A stretch of DNA of 64,000 nucleotides from an uncultured Gammaproteobacteria bacterium (GTDB taxonomy: Bacteria; Pseudomonadota; Gammaproteobacteria; CAWCPV01): the NCBI GenBank assembly GCA_963797555.1, contig CAWCPV010000013.1:32001-96000 (forward strand). The letters run 5' to 3'. The position numbers were made by a program, and so were the translations under genes. Numbering within the stretch: position 1 is the stretch's first letter; each line of letters begins with the position of its first letter. Below are positions 62,619 to 64,000 of the stretch, piece by piece. The notes below the pieces were generated by a model. That model was not told the origin of the DNA. It made no database searches and worked only from the letters and a program-made list of their open reading frames with translations.

Positions 62619-63561
62619 CGTCCTGATCACTCCGGCCCCCCCGCGGTCCCGTGCCGGCAATCGAACCACGGCCGCGCGTTGGGCGCGACTGCTGCGCCGC
62701 ATGAGCCACCGGGTCACCGTCGCAGTCCAGTACGATGGTCGACCTCACCAGCTCATGATCGCACTGCATGCATACCGCAGTGCCCACGCGATCCGCGACT
62801 TCCGGCGCCTCTATCCCAGTAAGCCGATAATTCTAGCACTCACCGGAACAGATATTTACCACTTCATCCATACCGACCGCCCGACCACGCTGGGCTCCAT
62901 GGAACTGGCGGATCGCCTGGTCGGTCTGCACGAGGGGGTGGGCGACGCCGTGCCCGAGCACCTGCGCCCGAAGGTACGTGTCATTTACCAGTCCGCAGCG
63001 CCTCTGCGCAGGGCGCCCGCACCGATCCTTCCGGGGCTGCGGGTCTGCGTTATCGGACACCTTCGCGAGGAGAAGGATCCTCTACTGACGGCCCGCGCTG
63101 CGCGCCTCCTTCCTGCCGATTCTCGGGCGCAGGTCGTGCATCTGGGAAAAGCCCTGGACGAGCAGTGGGCGCGACGCGCGCGCGCGGAAATGGAGCAGAA
63201 CAGCCGTTATCGGTGGCGGGGCGAGGTGCCGCATTGGGAGGTGCGACGAACCCTCGGGCGCAGCCATCTCATGAGCCTCACCTCCAAGATGGAGGGTGGG
63301 GCCAACGTGATCTCCGAAGCGGTCGCCGCCGGCGTCCCGGTCATCTCCGCGGCCATTCCCGGGTCCATCGGCCTGCTCGGGCGGGACTATCCCGGGTACT
63401 TCCCCCTGGGCGATGCCCAGGAGCTCGCCCGCTTGCTTCTGCATGCCGAACGGGAGGAGGGGTTTCTCACCACGCTGAGAGAGCACTGCCGGGCGCGAGC
63501 GCCGTTGTTCAAACCCGAGACGGAGCAGGCTGCATGGGCGGCGCTGCTCGATGAGATCTAA
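62569..63561 (+). CDS. senB: Selenosugar synthase (glycosyltransferase)
   Basis: ITPA....GN..TA.RW, IALHA.RS, LTGTD.Y, GHLR.EKDP, MEGGANV, GLLG.DY.GYF. Confidence 0.85.
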   Translation: MGARSPPGSGAETAIDIVLITPAPPRSRAGNRTTAARWARLLRRMSHRVTVAVQYDGRPHQLMIALHAYRSAHAIRDFRRLYPSKPIILALTGTDIYHFIHTDRPTTLGSMELADRLVGLHEGVGDAVPEHLRPKVRVIYQSAAPLRRAPAPILPGLRVCVIGHLREEKDPLLTARAARLLPADSRAQVVHLGKALDEQWARRARAEMEQNSRYRWRGEVPHWEVRRTLGRSHLMSLTSKMEGGANVISEAVAAGVPVISAAIPGSIGLLGRDYPGYFPLGDAQELARLLLHAEREEGFLTTLREHCRARAPLFKPETEQAAWAALLDEI

Positions 63562-64000
63562 ATGCCGCATGCACCACTGCGCAGGGAAACCGGCTCCGGC
63601 CGATCCCCTGCGGGAAGCACCTCCCCGACGAAGGCCGCACTCGGATAGCCTGAGCGGCGCAGTTGGCCCAGACACGCCTCGCAACGATGCGCGGGAACGC
63701 TCGCGAGCAGGCCGCCTGCCGTTTGGGGATCGAACAGGAGCGGATAGAGCGCGTGCCCGGAGGCGCGTTCCACGTCCGCGACCGCGCGGCGCAGTCGGAC
63801 ATTCTGGGGTTGCAGGGAGCTGAAGATGCCGAGCCCTAGGGTCTCGATGGCGCCCTCCAGCACCGGGAGAGCGTCCAGGTCGATGGCCACGTCGACCGCC
63901 GACGGCCGGGTCATCTCCAGCAGGTGCCCGAGCAGGCCGAAACCGGTGACGTCCGTGCAGGACGTGGCCCCGTGTCGCCGCAAGATCTCAACCGCCACCC
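63558..64000 (-). CDS. selD: Selenophosphate synthetase, C-terminal part (5' end beyond the window)
   Basis: TDVTGFGLLGHL, LLFDPQTAGGLL. Confidence 0.88.
   Translation of the reverse strand, partial: VAVEILRRHGATSCTDVTGFGLLGHLLEMTRPSAVDVAIDLDALPVLEGAIETLGLGIFSSLQPQNVRLRRAVADVERASGHALYPLLFDPQTAGGLLASVPAHRCEACLGQLRRSGYPSAAFVGEVLPAGDRPEPVSLRSGACGI

Overview
This is a GC-rich, probably gammaproteobacterial region in three parts. (1) 1-4.7 kb is the start of the dcw cluster on the minus strand (mraZ-rsmH-ftsL-ftsI-murE'), with a sigma70-like promoter and four MraZ boxes. (2) ~4.8-44.1 kb is an IS-riddled accessory island. Its core is an apparently intact ~23 kb, 19-gene contractile injection system (eCIS/Afp-PVC-like) operon: sheath, tube, Pvc16-like cap, AAA+ ATPase, split VgrG, PAAR-like tip, gp25, baseplate J and tail proteins. 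Its unusual parts are Ig-like IPT/TIG and FN3 decorations, a 1077-aa VWA protein, and a DUF4157 protein with an unassigned C-terminal domain followed by an immunity-like ORF. The island also holds a decayed second eCIS fragment on the opposite strand and at least eight IS elements or remnants (IS3, IS1380, ISL3, IS630 x2, IS5, IS1634, IS66 carrying DUF4338). (3) 44.2-64 kb carries rimO, a VanZ-like gene, CYTH-CHAD, SIMPL, moeA, a PRTase-archease-rtcB-polX-PNPOx-pncB cluster, PilZ, a FixLJ-like two-component pair and a selenoneine cluster (senA-senB-selD'). All family calls come from motif recognition by eye; no searches were run.
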